From assembly GCA_010909165.1 (NCBI GenBank), contig MU008153.1:434001-498000 (forward strand): 64,000 nt of DNA, read 5' to 3'. The position numbers were made by a program, and so were the translations under genes. Below the pieces are notes generated by a model that worked only from the letters and a program-made list of their open reading frames with translations, was not told the origin of the DNA and did not search any database. The DNA is from Anthoceros angustus (Eukaryota > Plantae > Anthocerotophyta). Shown one piece after another: positions 10,614 through 22,799 of this stretch (its first letter is position 1; the number at the start of each line of letters is the position of its first letter).

Positions 10614-13600
10614 CTATTTCCCCCTATTCCACCTATCTACGCCGTCGGTGGTGGGACTGAGGTTGCCCCTGATTCCGCCTTGGCGCTGGCGGCCCAAGGC
10701 CCAGCCCTGACAACTGCAGCGCACCCAATCGGATGATCCGCGGGCGCCTACCTCTCCCAGGGTTACCTGCGCTACGGCGGCGACAGCGGTCACCACTAAA
10801 TCCTCCTCCCCATCCTCTCTTATCTCTCTGGCGGGCCCTTGTACAGCGGGCCCTCCAAGAGAAGGCTCTGTCGGGGCTGGTGATTGGTGGCTCCCTCCCG
10901 CTCCCTGAGTCTGGACTTCAGGGTCCAGTCTCGACTCCGGAGTCCGGACCTCTAGGTCCGGTCTTCTCTCCGGGGTCCGGACCTCTGGGTCCGGTCTTCT
11001 TTCTGGAGTCCGGACCTCGGGGTCCGGACTCGCCTTTAGGGTCCGATCTTGGGCCCGGCCTCCGCCTCCTCCACATGGGCCGGGGTCCGGTCTCGTCACT
11101 AGAGTCTGGACCTCGGAGTCCAGACTTTCTTCAGGCGGACCTCGGGGTCCGGCCTTTCTTCAGGAGTCCGGACAAAGTCCGGACTCTCGAGCACTGGTTT
11201 GCCCCTCATTTGGGCTTATCAGGCTCACCACCGAGCCCTCCGTGGTTCCGGTTTCTGGATGCGCCCTTCTCGGCCTCCCAGGCCCTCCTCCCTTCCTTTC
11301 GTGCGAGGTGCAGTGCTTACCTCCGTGGCAGTGACCTTCCTGTCCTGCTCCTCCTCCTCCTCCTCGCCCTTCTTTGCTGTCGTCAAGCAGTGGCTCCTAA
11401 GGTCCCGTGGGCTGTCCCGGGACCTTCCTCCTCACTCCTCCTTGAGCCCATCCGGAACCCCGTCCACTTGCAGGGTGGCGCGACACCTCCGGTGCCTTGA
11501 GAAGCTCCAGCGTGGTAGTAGGCAAAGTCGGGTCGACTTGTTGAATTGCCTCCTCCACATGGGCCGGGCACGGTACTCCTCCTCCGGAGGTGCTCGGCGG
11601 TGGGCGTGTTGTCGGCCTGTGACCGTCTCCGTCGCCACGCTTGCCAATTGAAGCCGGGCGGACTCCCTTGATGCCGCCAAGGCGGCCTCACACCTCCTGC
11701 GGCCTTTGCTGCTCGGCGTGCTCCTCCTCCTCCCTTCGCTGCGGCTCCACCAACTTGGCCATGAGGCTGAGCTCCCTCACCTTCCAATCGGACAAGCGGC
11801 CCTGCCTCCTCCAGCGCTCTCGTCCCTCCGTTCATCCTTGCAGGGTCGCCACTTCTTTCTCCAGGCGGGCCGGTATCTCCGCCCGACTCCTGGCTTCCTC
11901 CAGCTCCTTCTTCAGCCTGGCGACGTCCAACTCCTTAGATCGCCGTCTATTCTCCTCCGTCTTTAGGTGAAGCTGGAGGCGCTCAATCTCCTGCTCGAAG
12001 TCTTGGATTCTCCCGTTGAGAACCCCGCGTTGCTTCGACGCGTCTTGGAGTTGCAACTCCAGGGTGTCCTTGCTGCCCTCCAGCTCCTGCCGCCGCTCCT
12101 CCGCTTCCTGCAGCTGCACCGGAGGTCCCCTATTTCTCGGGTGCTGGCCTCCATCTCTTCTTCGCTCCTTCTCCGCCTCCTCCACACTGTTCGGCCGGGT
12201 TAGCGGCTACGCCCTTCTCTCCACGGTTCCGATCACGTCGGTAGTGATCCCGGTCGACCTTCGCCGCGGCTTCCGCCTCCCGCGCCGCCTTCACCTGAGC
12301 CTCGCCGGCTTGGTGTTGGTCTAGCCGAGCCGCCTCGGCCAGGTCGCGGGCGTTCTCCGCCTGCCTACGACCCTCCTCCGCCTCCTTCTGCGCTTCTTCC
12401 CTCCGTTTGCAGAGGTCTTCAGCCCGTGCTTGGGCCTCCTGCCGCAGTTCATGTGCCGGTGAAGGATCTTAGTCCGGTCTTCTTTGGACCGTCCGGACCT
12501 CTCGCTCCGCCTCCCGACGTTTTCCCTCTTTGACTCGGGCGAGGACTCCATATACCGGCCCTCCATCGCCGCCTTGAGTTCCACCATCCTCCTCGGTGGC
12601 CTCCACTTCTTGGGTCTTCTCCATTCATGAGGCCCCAAAGCATCCGTCCATGGCGGTAGCTAAAACTTCGCGTTTCTTCCACGGCCTTGTTGAGATGCCG
12701 AAAGTTGACGTGGCGCGGGCATCTCTGGTCCGTCAAGGACCGCCATCTGCCGATCGGGCGAGTCGGATTGGGCTCTCGGACCTAATAAGGACCCTTAGGT
12801 CACGAGTCTTTGAGTCGAGCCTCACCTTCCTTGGCCCTCTTGGCGCTAACTCCTTCTCCGCCCTTTTCCTCCACAGGGCTCGGAGGTGGTGAAGGTCCGG
12901 AGCTGGCCCTTTTCCTCTCCCGGTCGGAGGCAGGGCGAGCTCGGGTGAGGCTGCCGGTGGCCTCCGCTCCTTGGGCGTCCCTCTCCGCCTCCTCCGCCTC
13001 CTCCGCTTCTTGCCACTCCGTTGGCGAGGCAGGAACACGCCCCATCTGGTGCTGTTGGTAGCGCCGTCTTCCGCCTCTTGGTTCCAGCCGAGTCCGTCGG
13101 GGCTCGGCGGTGGCGTTGTTGTTGGGCTGGCAGCTGCGCAACCGCCAACTCATCATTCTGCTCCTTCCTGTGCTCCGGTGGGGGCACGGAGGAGGAAGCG
13201 GGATGTCCTCCACACTTCCCTCGGTGGCGAGGGGTCCGCCTGCACGTATGGAGTCAGAATTCCCTCCAGTCGTCCTCCTCCGGACCCTCTTACTCCGGCT
13301 GGATGGGCCTTCGCCTCCTGCGCCTTCCTTCGCCTCCCGGTGGCGGCCAGCCCTTTTCCCGAGTGCTCGTTCCTCTTCACCCTCCTTGGGAGGTTCGCGT
13401 GCCCACATGAATCAAAAGCAGCGATACGCCGACGGAGGTGGCTTCTCGCACCTCAGCTTGCGAGCTTCCTGATTGACCCGAGCGAAGATTATCCTGCCCC
13501 AGTCGGCGCGTTTCCCCTTCTGTAGGTCGTGGAGGAACACTAGCAGATTATCCCCAAGGTGGTCCACCTTGGTGAGCATGTTCCAGTGGACGATAATCTT

Positions 13601-14200
13601 CGCCACTGAACGTACCCTCCTGTCCAAGAGGTCCGACATCAGCCATCCGTTGGAGGACCGCTGCGTTCCTGGTCGCAAAAGGGCCGCCCTGGCCGCTTCC
13701 ACCTTCCCCTTCACCTTCAGGGGTTCCGGTACTACTCCTCCTACTTCCTCCGCTGGGCGGTTGTAAACCGCCCTCAGGACCTCCACGGTCCACCTCCTAG
13801 GGTCCTCCCGCAGGTTCTTGGATCGGACCTCCTTGTTGGCCGCTGCCAACATCTTCCGGGCGTACTCCCGGACTAGGGTTGGCCGATCGAGACGGCACAG
13901 AAAATGTCCAGTGCCACTCCTCGACCAGCTCCTCCGCCTCCTCCAGCCACCGGTCCGGGTGGCGCTTGGTAGCGATGTTGCGCTCCACCAGCGCCATGGC
14001 TCCCACGCCTCGCTTTCTTGGGTCCCATCTTCACACTCCTTGTTCATTGTTGAGGCGTGAGGCTCAATCTCGCTCCTCGGCCGCGGCGTCGGTTGCTTCC
14101 CTCGCCAAGTCAGCTGCGTCGAAGGTACTGGCAATCAAAAGACAACGCCCGAGCCGGGTGTCGGCGAGAATATCAATCGCGAGTTGTTTGGAAGAATGAC
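10614..14200 (-). CDS. Element ORF1 (~1100 aa when frameshifts are corrected): N-terminal globular domain, Glu/Arg-rich coiled coil, C-terminal DPEVRTPE repeats; function unknown
   Basis: Consecutive minus-strand ORFs with WGRIIFARVNQEARK..SPFLIHVW, LHLKTEENRRRSKELDVARLKKELEEAR and PEVRTPE repeats; second copy at ~15550-19200 has different frameshifts. Start approximate. Confidence 0.6.
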
Positions 14201-14633
14201 CTCGCCTTCTCTCGCCAAAATAGCCGTCGCGGGCGGCTCTTCTTGTCCGTAATGCTCGAGCTGACTCTCGCCTGCCTTCCGCTTACTGCGGCCTTCTGTG
14301 CTGCCTTGGTGCCGGGCGTGAATACACCTTACGCTGACCGGCAACCCTACGGTCTGGCTGCATGCCCTACCACTCGGTACCATCCACATGGCGCCGCCCT
14401 AACTCACGCTCCGACTTCTAAGTTACTTTACTTGGCGTACTTATCCGTTTGACCGGAGTGGGGTCCGGACTTATCCGATACTCGGTGCGTGTGGGAGGTC
14501 CTCGGAGTGGGCTCCGGTCCGTTACCTACCGGTCCGGGTGCGGTCCAGTGCGGTCCGAGATCGTTTTATTCCTCCGCCTTATTTTACACTCCATACCTCT
14601 GAAAAAAACAAACCCGACTTAATTCCCTCCCCA

Positions 14634-15110
14634 ATGGCTACGGATTTGGAAGGGGTGGTGACCCTACCGAAGCGGAGGCGAGAGGAAAGGGGCCGAGGAG
14701 GGTCGCCAAGTCCAGCGTGTTCGGGAGGATGAGGATTGGGAGGAATTCAACTCCATATGCAGAGCAGGCCCCTTGCCGGGAAGTATGGGAAGAGATTCCT
14801 TCCCTCCTCTTGGTCCCTCCATGAAACAACCTTCTTGGGTCCCATACTCGCGCCTGGTTGGTATCTTTGCTATGAGGTGGTGGGCAAGGATGCTTCCGCT
14901 AAGTTCCGCGGCGATGGCCTTGATTCGGGCGATGGCCGCTCGGTGCGCTTGGGCGTCGGAAGAGAAGGCGCGAGCGGGATGCTTGAGTGCAAGTATCTGG
15001 CTCGAAGTCTTAGAGAATGGCCTTCTCTCGGTCAGTGTCGAAAGCGGCGCGTGGAAGACGTCCTTCGCTGCCGTCGCGAGTCACGCATCGTGTACTCTAG
15101 CCTTGTTGTT
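14634..15110 (+). CDS. Element ORF2 (~160 aa, frameshifted), divergent from ORF1
   Basis: ATG at 14634; EDEDWEGIPNSICLERAPLPPREVWEEIP (cleaner in copy 19652-20017) matches EDDWEGIPDSIRLERTPSPPREVWEDIP inside ORF1. Confidence 0.4.
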
Positions 15111-18100
15111 TCGCGCATCCCCTCATCTAGTTGCTCCCCTTCTCCACTGCTCTCGTCCACAGATAGAGCTCCGGGGTCCCCATGGTTGTGCTACCCCCTA
15201 GGCCCTCGTCCTAAGCAGGCTCCCGGGGTCCCGTGTGCTATCCCTAGGCCCTCGTCCTCCTCCGCCTCCTGCGCCCTTCCCTCCTCTTGGTCCCTCGATT
15301 TGCACCCGTGGTGCCTTTGCCTCCACATCCTGGCCGGATGGCAACACATCCATCCATCCACATGGCGCCGCCATCTAACTCACGCTAGCAAGAAGGCACA
15401 CAAAGGGCACGCAAGAAGGCAGCATCAACACCAAGAGAAAGATACTTTACTTGGCGTACTCCCGGACCCTCTTACTCCGGAGTGGGGTCCGGACTTATCC
15501 GATACTCCGGCTGGATGGGCCTTCGCCTCCTGCGCCTAATCGGCCGCCTACTATTTCCCCTATTCCACCTATCTACGGTGGGATGAGGTTGCCCCGATTC
15601 CGCCTTGGCTGGCAAGCTGAGGCCCACGACAAGCTGCAGGCGCGCAATCGGATGATCCGCGGGCGCCTACCTCTCCCGAGGTTACATCGAGGCTGCGCTA
15701 CGGCGGCAATCACCACTAAATCCTCCTCCCATCCTCTCTTATCTCTGGCGGGCCCTTGTCTGGGGCCTCAAGAGAAGGCTCTGTCGGTGGTGATTGGTGG
15801 CTCCTCCGCCTCCGAGTCCGGACCTCGAGTCCAGTCTCGACTCGAGTCCGGACCTCTAGGTCCGGTCTTCTCTCCGGAGTCCGGACCTCAGTCCGGTCTT
15901 CTTCTGGAGTCCGAACCTCGGGTCCGGACTCGCCTTTAGGTCCGATCTTGGGCCCAGCCCTTTTCCCGAGTCCGGACCTCGGGGTCCAGTCTCGACTCGA
16001 GTCCGGACCTCGAGTCGGACTTTCTTGAGGCGGACCTCGGGTCCGGCCTTTCTTCAGTCCGGACAAAGTCCGGACTCTCGAGCACTGGTTTGCCCCTCAT
16101 TTGGGCTTATCACGGCTCACTGCAGGCCCTCCGTGGTTCCCGGTTTCTGGATGCGCCCTTCTCGGCCTCCCAGGCCCTCCTCCCTTCCTTTCGTGCGAGG
16201 GTGCAGAGTGCTTACCTCCGGCGCAGTGACCTTCCTGCGCCTTCCTTCGCCTCCTCCTCCTCCTCCTCGCCCTTCTGCTGTCGTCGTCAAGCAGTGGCTC
16301 CTAAGGTCCCCCGTCATGTCTGTCCCGGGACCTTCCTCCCTCACTCCTCCTTCCGACCCATCTGGAACCCCGTCCACTTGCCGAGGGTGGCGCGACACCT
16401 CCAGTGCCTTGAGAAGCTCCGCGTGGTAGTAGGCAAAGTCGGAGTCGACTTGTTGAATTGCCTCCTCCACATGGGCCCGGAGCACCCGGTACTCCCTCCT
16501 CCAGAGGTGCTCCGGCAGCTGGGCGTGTTGTCCGGCCTGCTGACCCGTCTCCGTCGCCAGGCTTGCCAATTGAAGCCGGGCAGACTCCCTTGATGCCGCC
16601 AAGGCGGCCTCCGACACCTCCTGCAGCCTTTGCTGCTGCTCGACGTGCTCCTCCTCCCTTCGTCGTTGCAGCTCCACCAACTTGCTGGCCATGGAGCTGA
16701 GCTCCTCCGCCTCCGCCTCCGAGTCCGGACCTCGAGTCCGGACCTCCTCCGCCTCCTCCAGCGCTCTCGTCCCTCCGTTCATCCTTACTCGGAGGTCCGC
16801 CACTTCCTTCTCCAGGCGGGCCGGTATCTCCGCCCGACTCCTGGCTTCCTCCAGCTCCTTCTTCAGCCTGGCGACGTCCAACTCCTTGGATCGCCGCCTA
16901 TTCTCCTCCGTCTTTAGGTGAAGCTGGAGGCGCTCAATCTCTGCTTGGATTCTCCGTTGAGAACCCGCGTTGCTTGACGCGTCTTGGAGTTGCAACTCGA
17001 GGTGTCCTTCGCCCTCCGGCTCCTGCCGCTCCTCACTTCCGAGGTCCCCTATTTCTCGGGTGCTGGCCTACATCTCTTCTTCGCTGCTCGGCGTGCTCCT
17101 CCTCCGCCTCCGCCTCCTCCGCCTCCGAGTCCGGACCTCGAGTCCGGACCTCTAGGTCCGGCCTTCTCTCCACCGGTTCCGATCACGTCGGTAGTGATCC
17201 CGGTCGACCTTTGCCGCGGCCTCCGCCTCCCGCGCCGCCTTCACCTGAGCCTCGCCGGCTTGGTGTTGGTCTAGCCGAGCCGCCTCGGCCAGATCGCGGG
17301 CATTCTCCGCCTGCCTACGACCCTCCTCCGCCTCCTTCTGCGCTTCTGCCCTCCGTTTGCAGAGGTCTTCAGCCCGTGCTTGGGCCTCGCCCGCATTCAG
17401 TGATGAAGGATCTTAGTCCGGTCTTCTTGGACCGTCGGACCTCGCTCCGCCTCCCGACGTTTTCCCTCTTTGACTCGGGCGAGGACTCCGCCTGCCGCCT
17501 CCATCTGCCCTTGAAGTTCCACCATCCTCCTCCGGGTGGCCTCCACTTCTTGGGTCTTCTCATTGGCGAGGCCTGCATCCGTCCATGGCGGTAGCTAAAC
17601 TGGCGTTTCTTCCACGGCTGAGAGATGCCGAGAAAGTCGTGGGCGCGGGCATCTCTGGTCCGTCAAGGACCGCCATCTTCTCGATCCGGGCGAGTCGGAT
17701 TGGGCTCTCGGACCTAATAAGGACCCTTAGGTCACGAGTCTTTGAGTCGAGCCTCACCTTCCTTGGCCCTCTTGGCGCTAACTCCTTCTCCGCCCTTTTC
17801 CTCCACAGGGCTCGGAGGTGGTGAAGGGAGTCGGCCCTTTTCCTCTCCCGGTCGGAGGCAGGGCGAGCTTGGTGAGGCTGCCGGTGGCCTCCGCTCCTTG
17901 GGCGTCCCTCTCCGCCTCCTCCGCCTCCTCCGCTTGCCACCGTTGGCGGAGGCGGCTGGTATCACAGGTCTTGTGTTGGTAGGCGCCGTCTTCCGCCTCT
18001 TCGGTTCCCGACGAGTCCGTCGGGGCTCGGCGGTGGCGTTGTTGTTGGGCTGGCAGCTGCCCGGCCACCGCCAACTCATCATTCTTGCTCCTTCCTGTGG

Positions 18101-20558
18101 CTCCGGTGGGGGCACGGGAGGAGGCGGGATGTCCTCCCACACTTCCCTCGGTGGCGAGGGGGTCCGCTCCAGACGTATGGAGTCCGGAATTCCCTCCCAG
18201 TCGTCCTCCTCCCGGACCCTCTTACTCCGGCTGGGTGGGCCTCGCCTCCTGCGCCTTCCTTCGCCTCCCGGTGGCGGCCAGCCCTTTCCGGAGTGCTCGT
18301 TCCTCTTCACCCTCCTTCAGGAGGTTCGCGTGCCCCCACACATGAATCAAAAACGGCGATAACGCCGACGGAGGTGGCTTCTCGCACCTCAGCTTGCGAG
18401 CTTCCTGATTGACCCGGGCGAAGATTATCCTGCCCCAGTCGGCGCGTTTCCCCTTCTGTAGGTCGTGGAGGAACACTAGCAGATTATCCCCAAGGTGGTC
18501 CACCTTGGTGAGCATGTTCCAGTGGACGATAATCTTCGCCACTGAACGTACCCTCCTATCCAAGAGGTCCGACATCAGCCATCCGTTGGAGGACCGCTGC
18601 GTTCCTGGTTGCAAAAGGGCCGCCCTGGCCGCTTCCACCTTCCCCTTCACCTTCAGGGGTTCCGTACTACTCCTCCTACTTCCTCATTTGGCGTATTGTC
18701 GCCGCCTCGGGACCTCCAGTCCACCTCCTAGGGTCCTCCCGCAGGTTCTTGGATCGAACCTCCTTGTTGGCCGCTGCCAACATCTTCCGGGCGTACTCCC
18801 GGACTAGGGTGACGCTGTCGAAGGTCCAGACGGCCTGGAAAATGTCCAGGTGCCACTCCTCGACCAGCTCCTCCGCCTCCTCCAGCCACGGCCCGAAGTC
18901 CGGGTAGCGCTTGGTGACGATGTTGCGCTCCACCAAGCGCCATGGCTCCCACGCCTCCGCCGCTTTCTTGGGTCCCATCTTCACACTCCTTCTGTTCCGC
19001 TGTTGAGGCGTGAGGCTCCGCAATCTCCCGCTCCTCGGCCGCGGCGTCAGTTGCTTCCCTCGCCAAGTCGAACTGCGCCGAAGGGTACCTGAGCGATCAA
19101 AAAGACAACGCCAGAGAGCCGGGTGTCGGCGGCGAGAATCGATCGCAGTTGTTTGGAAGAATGACCTCGCCTTGCTTCTCTCGCCGGAAATAGCATGGCG
19201 GAAGGGCGGCTCTTTCATCCGTGGCTCGGGGAGCTGCATGGCTTACTCGCCTTACGCCCGCTTACTGCGGCCTTCTGGCTGCCTTGCCGGGCGTGAATAC
19301 ACTTACAGCGGCAACCCTACGGTCTGGCTGCATGCCCGCCTACCACTCGGTACCATCCACATGGCGCCGCCCTGTCTAACTCACGCTCCGACTTCTAAGT
19401 TACTTTACTTGGCGTACTTATCCCGTTTGACCGGAGTGGGGTCCGGACTTATCCGATACTCGGTGCGTGGTCGGAGGTCCTCGGAGTGGGCTCCGGTCCG
19501 TTACCTACCGGTCCAGGGTCCGGTCAGTGATCGATGCAGATTCGTTCTTATTCCTCCCTTTCCGCCTTATTTTACACTCCATACCTACGAAAAAAAACAA
19601 ACCCAGCTTATTCCCTAACCCCAATGGCTACCTGGATTTCGGAAGGGGCTGGTGACCCTACCAGAAACGGAGCGAGAGGAAAGGGCACAGGAGCCGGAGG
19701 GTCGCCCGCCCAAGTCCAGGCGTGTTCAGGAGGATGAGGATTGGGAGGGAATTCCGAACTCCATATGCCTGGAACGGGCCCCCTTGCCGCCCCGGGAAGT
19801 ATGGGAAGAGATTCCCGCTTCCCTCCTCTTGGTCCCTCCACCGAAACAACCTTCTTGGGTCCCATACTCGCGCACTGGTTGGTATGCTGCTATGAGGTGG
19901 TGGGCAAGGATGCTTCCGCTAAGTTCCGCAGCGATGAGCGCGCAGTTCGGAGGCGATGGCCGCTCAGAGGTACGCTTGGGCGTCGGAAGAGAGAGCGCCA
20001 GAGAGCGGGATGCTTGAGTGCAAGTGACTGCGAAAACTATCGGGAAGTCGGTCGAGAGAATGGCCTTCTCTCGGCCGAGTGTCGTAATGGCGGGCGTGGG
20101 AAGGCGTCCTTTGAAATCGCGAGTCACGCATCGTGTACTCTAGCCTTACGCCGACGCCTCCCTGGCGCATGTACTTGGGTTGTGGTTACCTGCCCATAAC
20201 GGCCGCTGACAACCCTGCAGTCATGGTCCCCTGCATGCCCGTTCTCCTCTCAGCAGCCGTCCACGTGGCCCCCTTGCGATTGCGCTCCATCCCTTTCCCG
20301 AAGTTACTTTTCCCGGTGGACTTATCGCGGCCTACTCCGGAGTTTAGTCCGGAGTGGCCTACTCTGGGGTTTAGTCCAGAGTGGCCTACTCCGGAGTTTC
20401 CTGCTACCCGCCCTCATCACTTCATGCCGTCCATCACCATTTCCCTTACTCAACCTTATTTCCCCTTTTTCCGCCTTATTTCCCACTCCACACTAACGAA
20501 AAACAAAAAAAAACGGTCTATTACCTACCTCAGGGGGGAGTCCGCAGTCCACAGTATC

Positions 20559-20770
20559 ACGGGTAGGGTCTATTACAACCACATCTGCAACAAAGACCGT
20601 ACCAACCTTGCGTGGAGCACCGTCATGTAATGTATATGCGTGTTCCCTCCAGGACAGAGGCCGCTCTCCCGGACCACCACAAACTTATGTCATTGATGGC
20701 GTCATGCGTAGCGATTCCCTGTCCAAAATTGCCACAACAAAGATTGCCACGTCATCAAGTTGCTGATGTG
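20559..20770 (-). mobile_element. CRE-like non-LTR retrotransposon fragment (right flank of the large insertion)
   Basis: Minus strand CCGNFGQGIATHDAINDI and VFVADVVVIDPTRD (RLE core). Confidence 0.7.
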
Positions 20771-21034
20771 GTGGCCACGTCGTCTAACTGGATGGGTAAG
20801 GTGTCCGGGTGTCCGGTTTACAACGCCATTTACAACATTGGGCTTGTTTCCAACCTAAATGACAACGCCATTTTCAACGTGGTTGCCTTGTTAATCTAGG
20901 TTGTAAAGTAGGTTGTTAATAGGAAGTTGTAGTCTGACAGCTTAACTAGGTTGTAAAGTGGGTCTATTTACAACGTATTTCACAATATACGTTACAACCT
21001 CATTTACAACCTTCATACACCCTTACTTTACAAC

Positions 21035-22345
21035 CTAGAGTACAAGTTTAATTACAACGTCGTATGCAGTGTCGTATGCAACGTCGTATGTAGAGTCATA
21101 TGCAACGTCGTGTGTAGAGTCATATGCAGTGTCGTATGCAGCATCGTATGCGATCGTATGCGACCTCGTATGCGACCTCGTATGCGACCTCGTATGCGAC
21201 CTCGTATGCGATCGTATGCGACCTCGTATGCGATCGTATGCGACATCGTATGCAGCGTCGTATGTAGAGTCATATGCGGTCGATGCGATCGTATGCGACC
21301 TCGTATGCGACATCGTATGCAGCGTCGTATGCGACATCGTATCTGACGTCATATCCAAGGTCGTCGTTTGCAAGATCGTATGCGACCTCGTATGCGACAT
21401 CGTATCGACATCGTATGCAGCGTCGTATGTAGAGTCATATGCGGTCGATGCGATCGTATGCGACATCGTATCGACATCGTATGGGGTGTCGTATGAGCGT
21501 CGTATGCACCGTCGTTGTATACAGCGTCATATCCAAGGTCGTCGTATCCAGCGTCGTACAAAATATCATCGTATCCAGCGTCATACACAATATCGTCATA
21601 TCCAGCGTCGTATACAAGGTCATTGTATACAGTATCGTATACAAGGTCGCCGTTTACAACGTCGTCGTATCCAAGGTCGTCGTTTACAGCGTCGTCGTTT
21701 GCAAGATCGTCATTTATAGCGTCGTCCTTTGCAAGGTCATCGTTTACAGCGTCGTCGTTTGCAAGGTCGTCGTTAACAGCGTCGTCATTTGCAAGGTCAT
21801 CGTTTATAGCGTCATCGTTTGCAAGGTCATCGTTTACGCATCGCCGTTTATAGCGTCATCGTTTGCAAGGTCATCGCCGTTTGCAAGGTCGCCGTTTGCA
21901 AGGTCGCCGCTTACAACGCCGCCGCTTGCAAGGTCGCCGCTTATAGCGCCGCCGCTTGCAAGGTCGCCGCTTATAGCGCCGCCGCTTGCAAGATCGTCGT
22001 TTACAACGTTGTCGTTTGTAAGGTCTTCGCCATGCGCCGTCTTCTGTGGTCGCCGCTTATAGCGCCGCCCTTTGCAAGGTCGCCGTATTAACGCTGCCAT
22101 TTTGTAAGGTCTTCGTTTACAGGGTCGTCGTTTGCAAGGTCGTCGTTTACAGCGTCGTCGTTTGCAAGGTCGTCGTTTGCAAGGTCGTTAACAACGCCGC
22201 CATTTTGTAAGGTCGTCGTTTGCAAGATCGTCATTTATAGCGCCGCCCTTTGCAAGGTCGTCGTTTGCAAGGTCGTCGTTTACAACGTCGTCGTTTGCAA
22301 GGTCGTCGTTTCCAGGGTCGTCGTTTATAGCGTCGTCGTTTCCAA
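21035..22345 (+). repeat. CpG-rich minisatellite (9-12-bp tcgtatgcgac units grading into 15/30-bp gcaaggtcgtcgttt/acagcgtcgtcgttt units)
   Basis: Directly visible periodicity. Confidence 0.92.
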
Positions 22346-22799
22346 GGTCTCTTTTTCATACATATGGGTACTGAAATAAGGTATACTCTATGGTATACTA
22401 TATGAAGATCAAATTATATACATATATTATACAATACATGAGTATTTATTCAATATATGATAATATTGACAAAATTAATTATTTAATTACCTAAATAAGG
22501 TATCTAATTAAGATTATAAATCTATGAATTTAATAATGTAGTTACATTATATTTATTGCATTTAAATCCTAGATTTTAGGCAGTATATATATACATATTA
22601 TTTTAACTAATTTGGCCCCTAATTAGGGGCCAAATTTACATAAAATACATAACATAATGCATATGTAATATTTTAAAATTAGGATTAATGAAGGCCCCTT
22701 GTCTTCTTCAATTACATGCTCCAGAACTTGAAGGCCGTTATACGTGCAGGTTTGTGAGCAGAAGGATGCATGTTGAGCCTATCAAGAGGAATATAAGAT

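Larger units (their letters stand above)
8148..20553. mobile_element. Large insertion with TGTGG...CCACA termini and 5-bp TSD (GTATC), no gag/pol or transposase; giant solo-LTR-like or non-autonomous integrase-mobilised element
   Basis: GTATC at 8143-8147 and 20554-20558; 5-bp inverted termini; removing it restores the RLE reading ADVVVIDPTRDTVNEH. About 15095-20140 is an indel-rich duplicate of ~9616-15100. Confidence 0.8.

Noticed and set aside
14385-14400. CCACA-TGGCGCCG as an LTR end plus PBS
   Set aside because: Match to a tRNA 3' end stops after ~8 nt and the sequence before it does not resemble the 20553 end.
15095-20140. Second copy of the element interior as a real tandem duplication or second LTR
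   Set aside because: Differs by dense indels and patchwork joins at short shared words (ctctagcctt, catccacatggcgcc, tactttactt); most likely an assembly artefact.
20520-20560. Resemblance to U1 snRNA ends
   Set aside because: Only short words match; no Sm site or U1 stem-loops.
21035-22100. ORFs across the minisatellite
   Set aside because: By-products of repeat periodicity.
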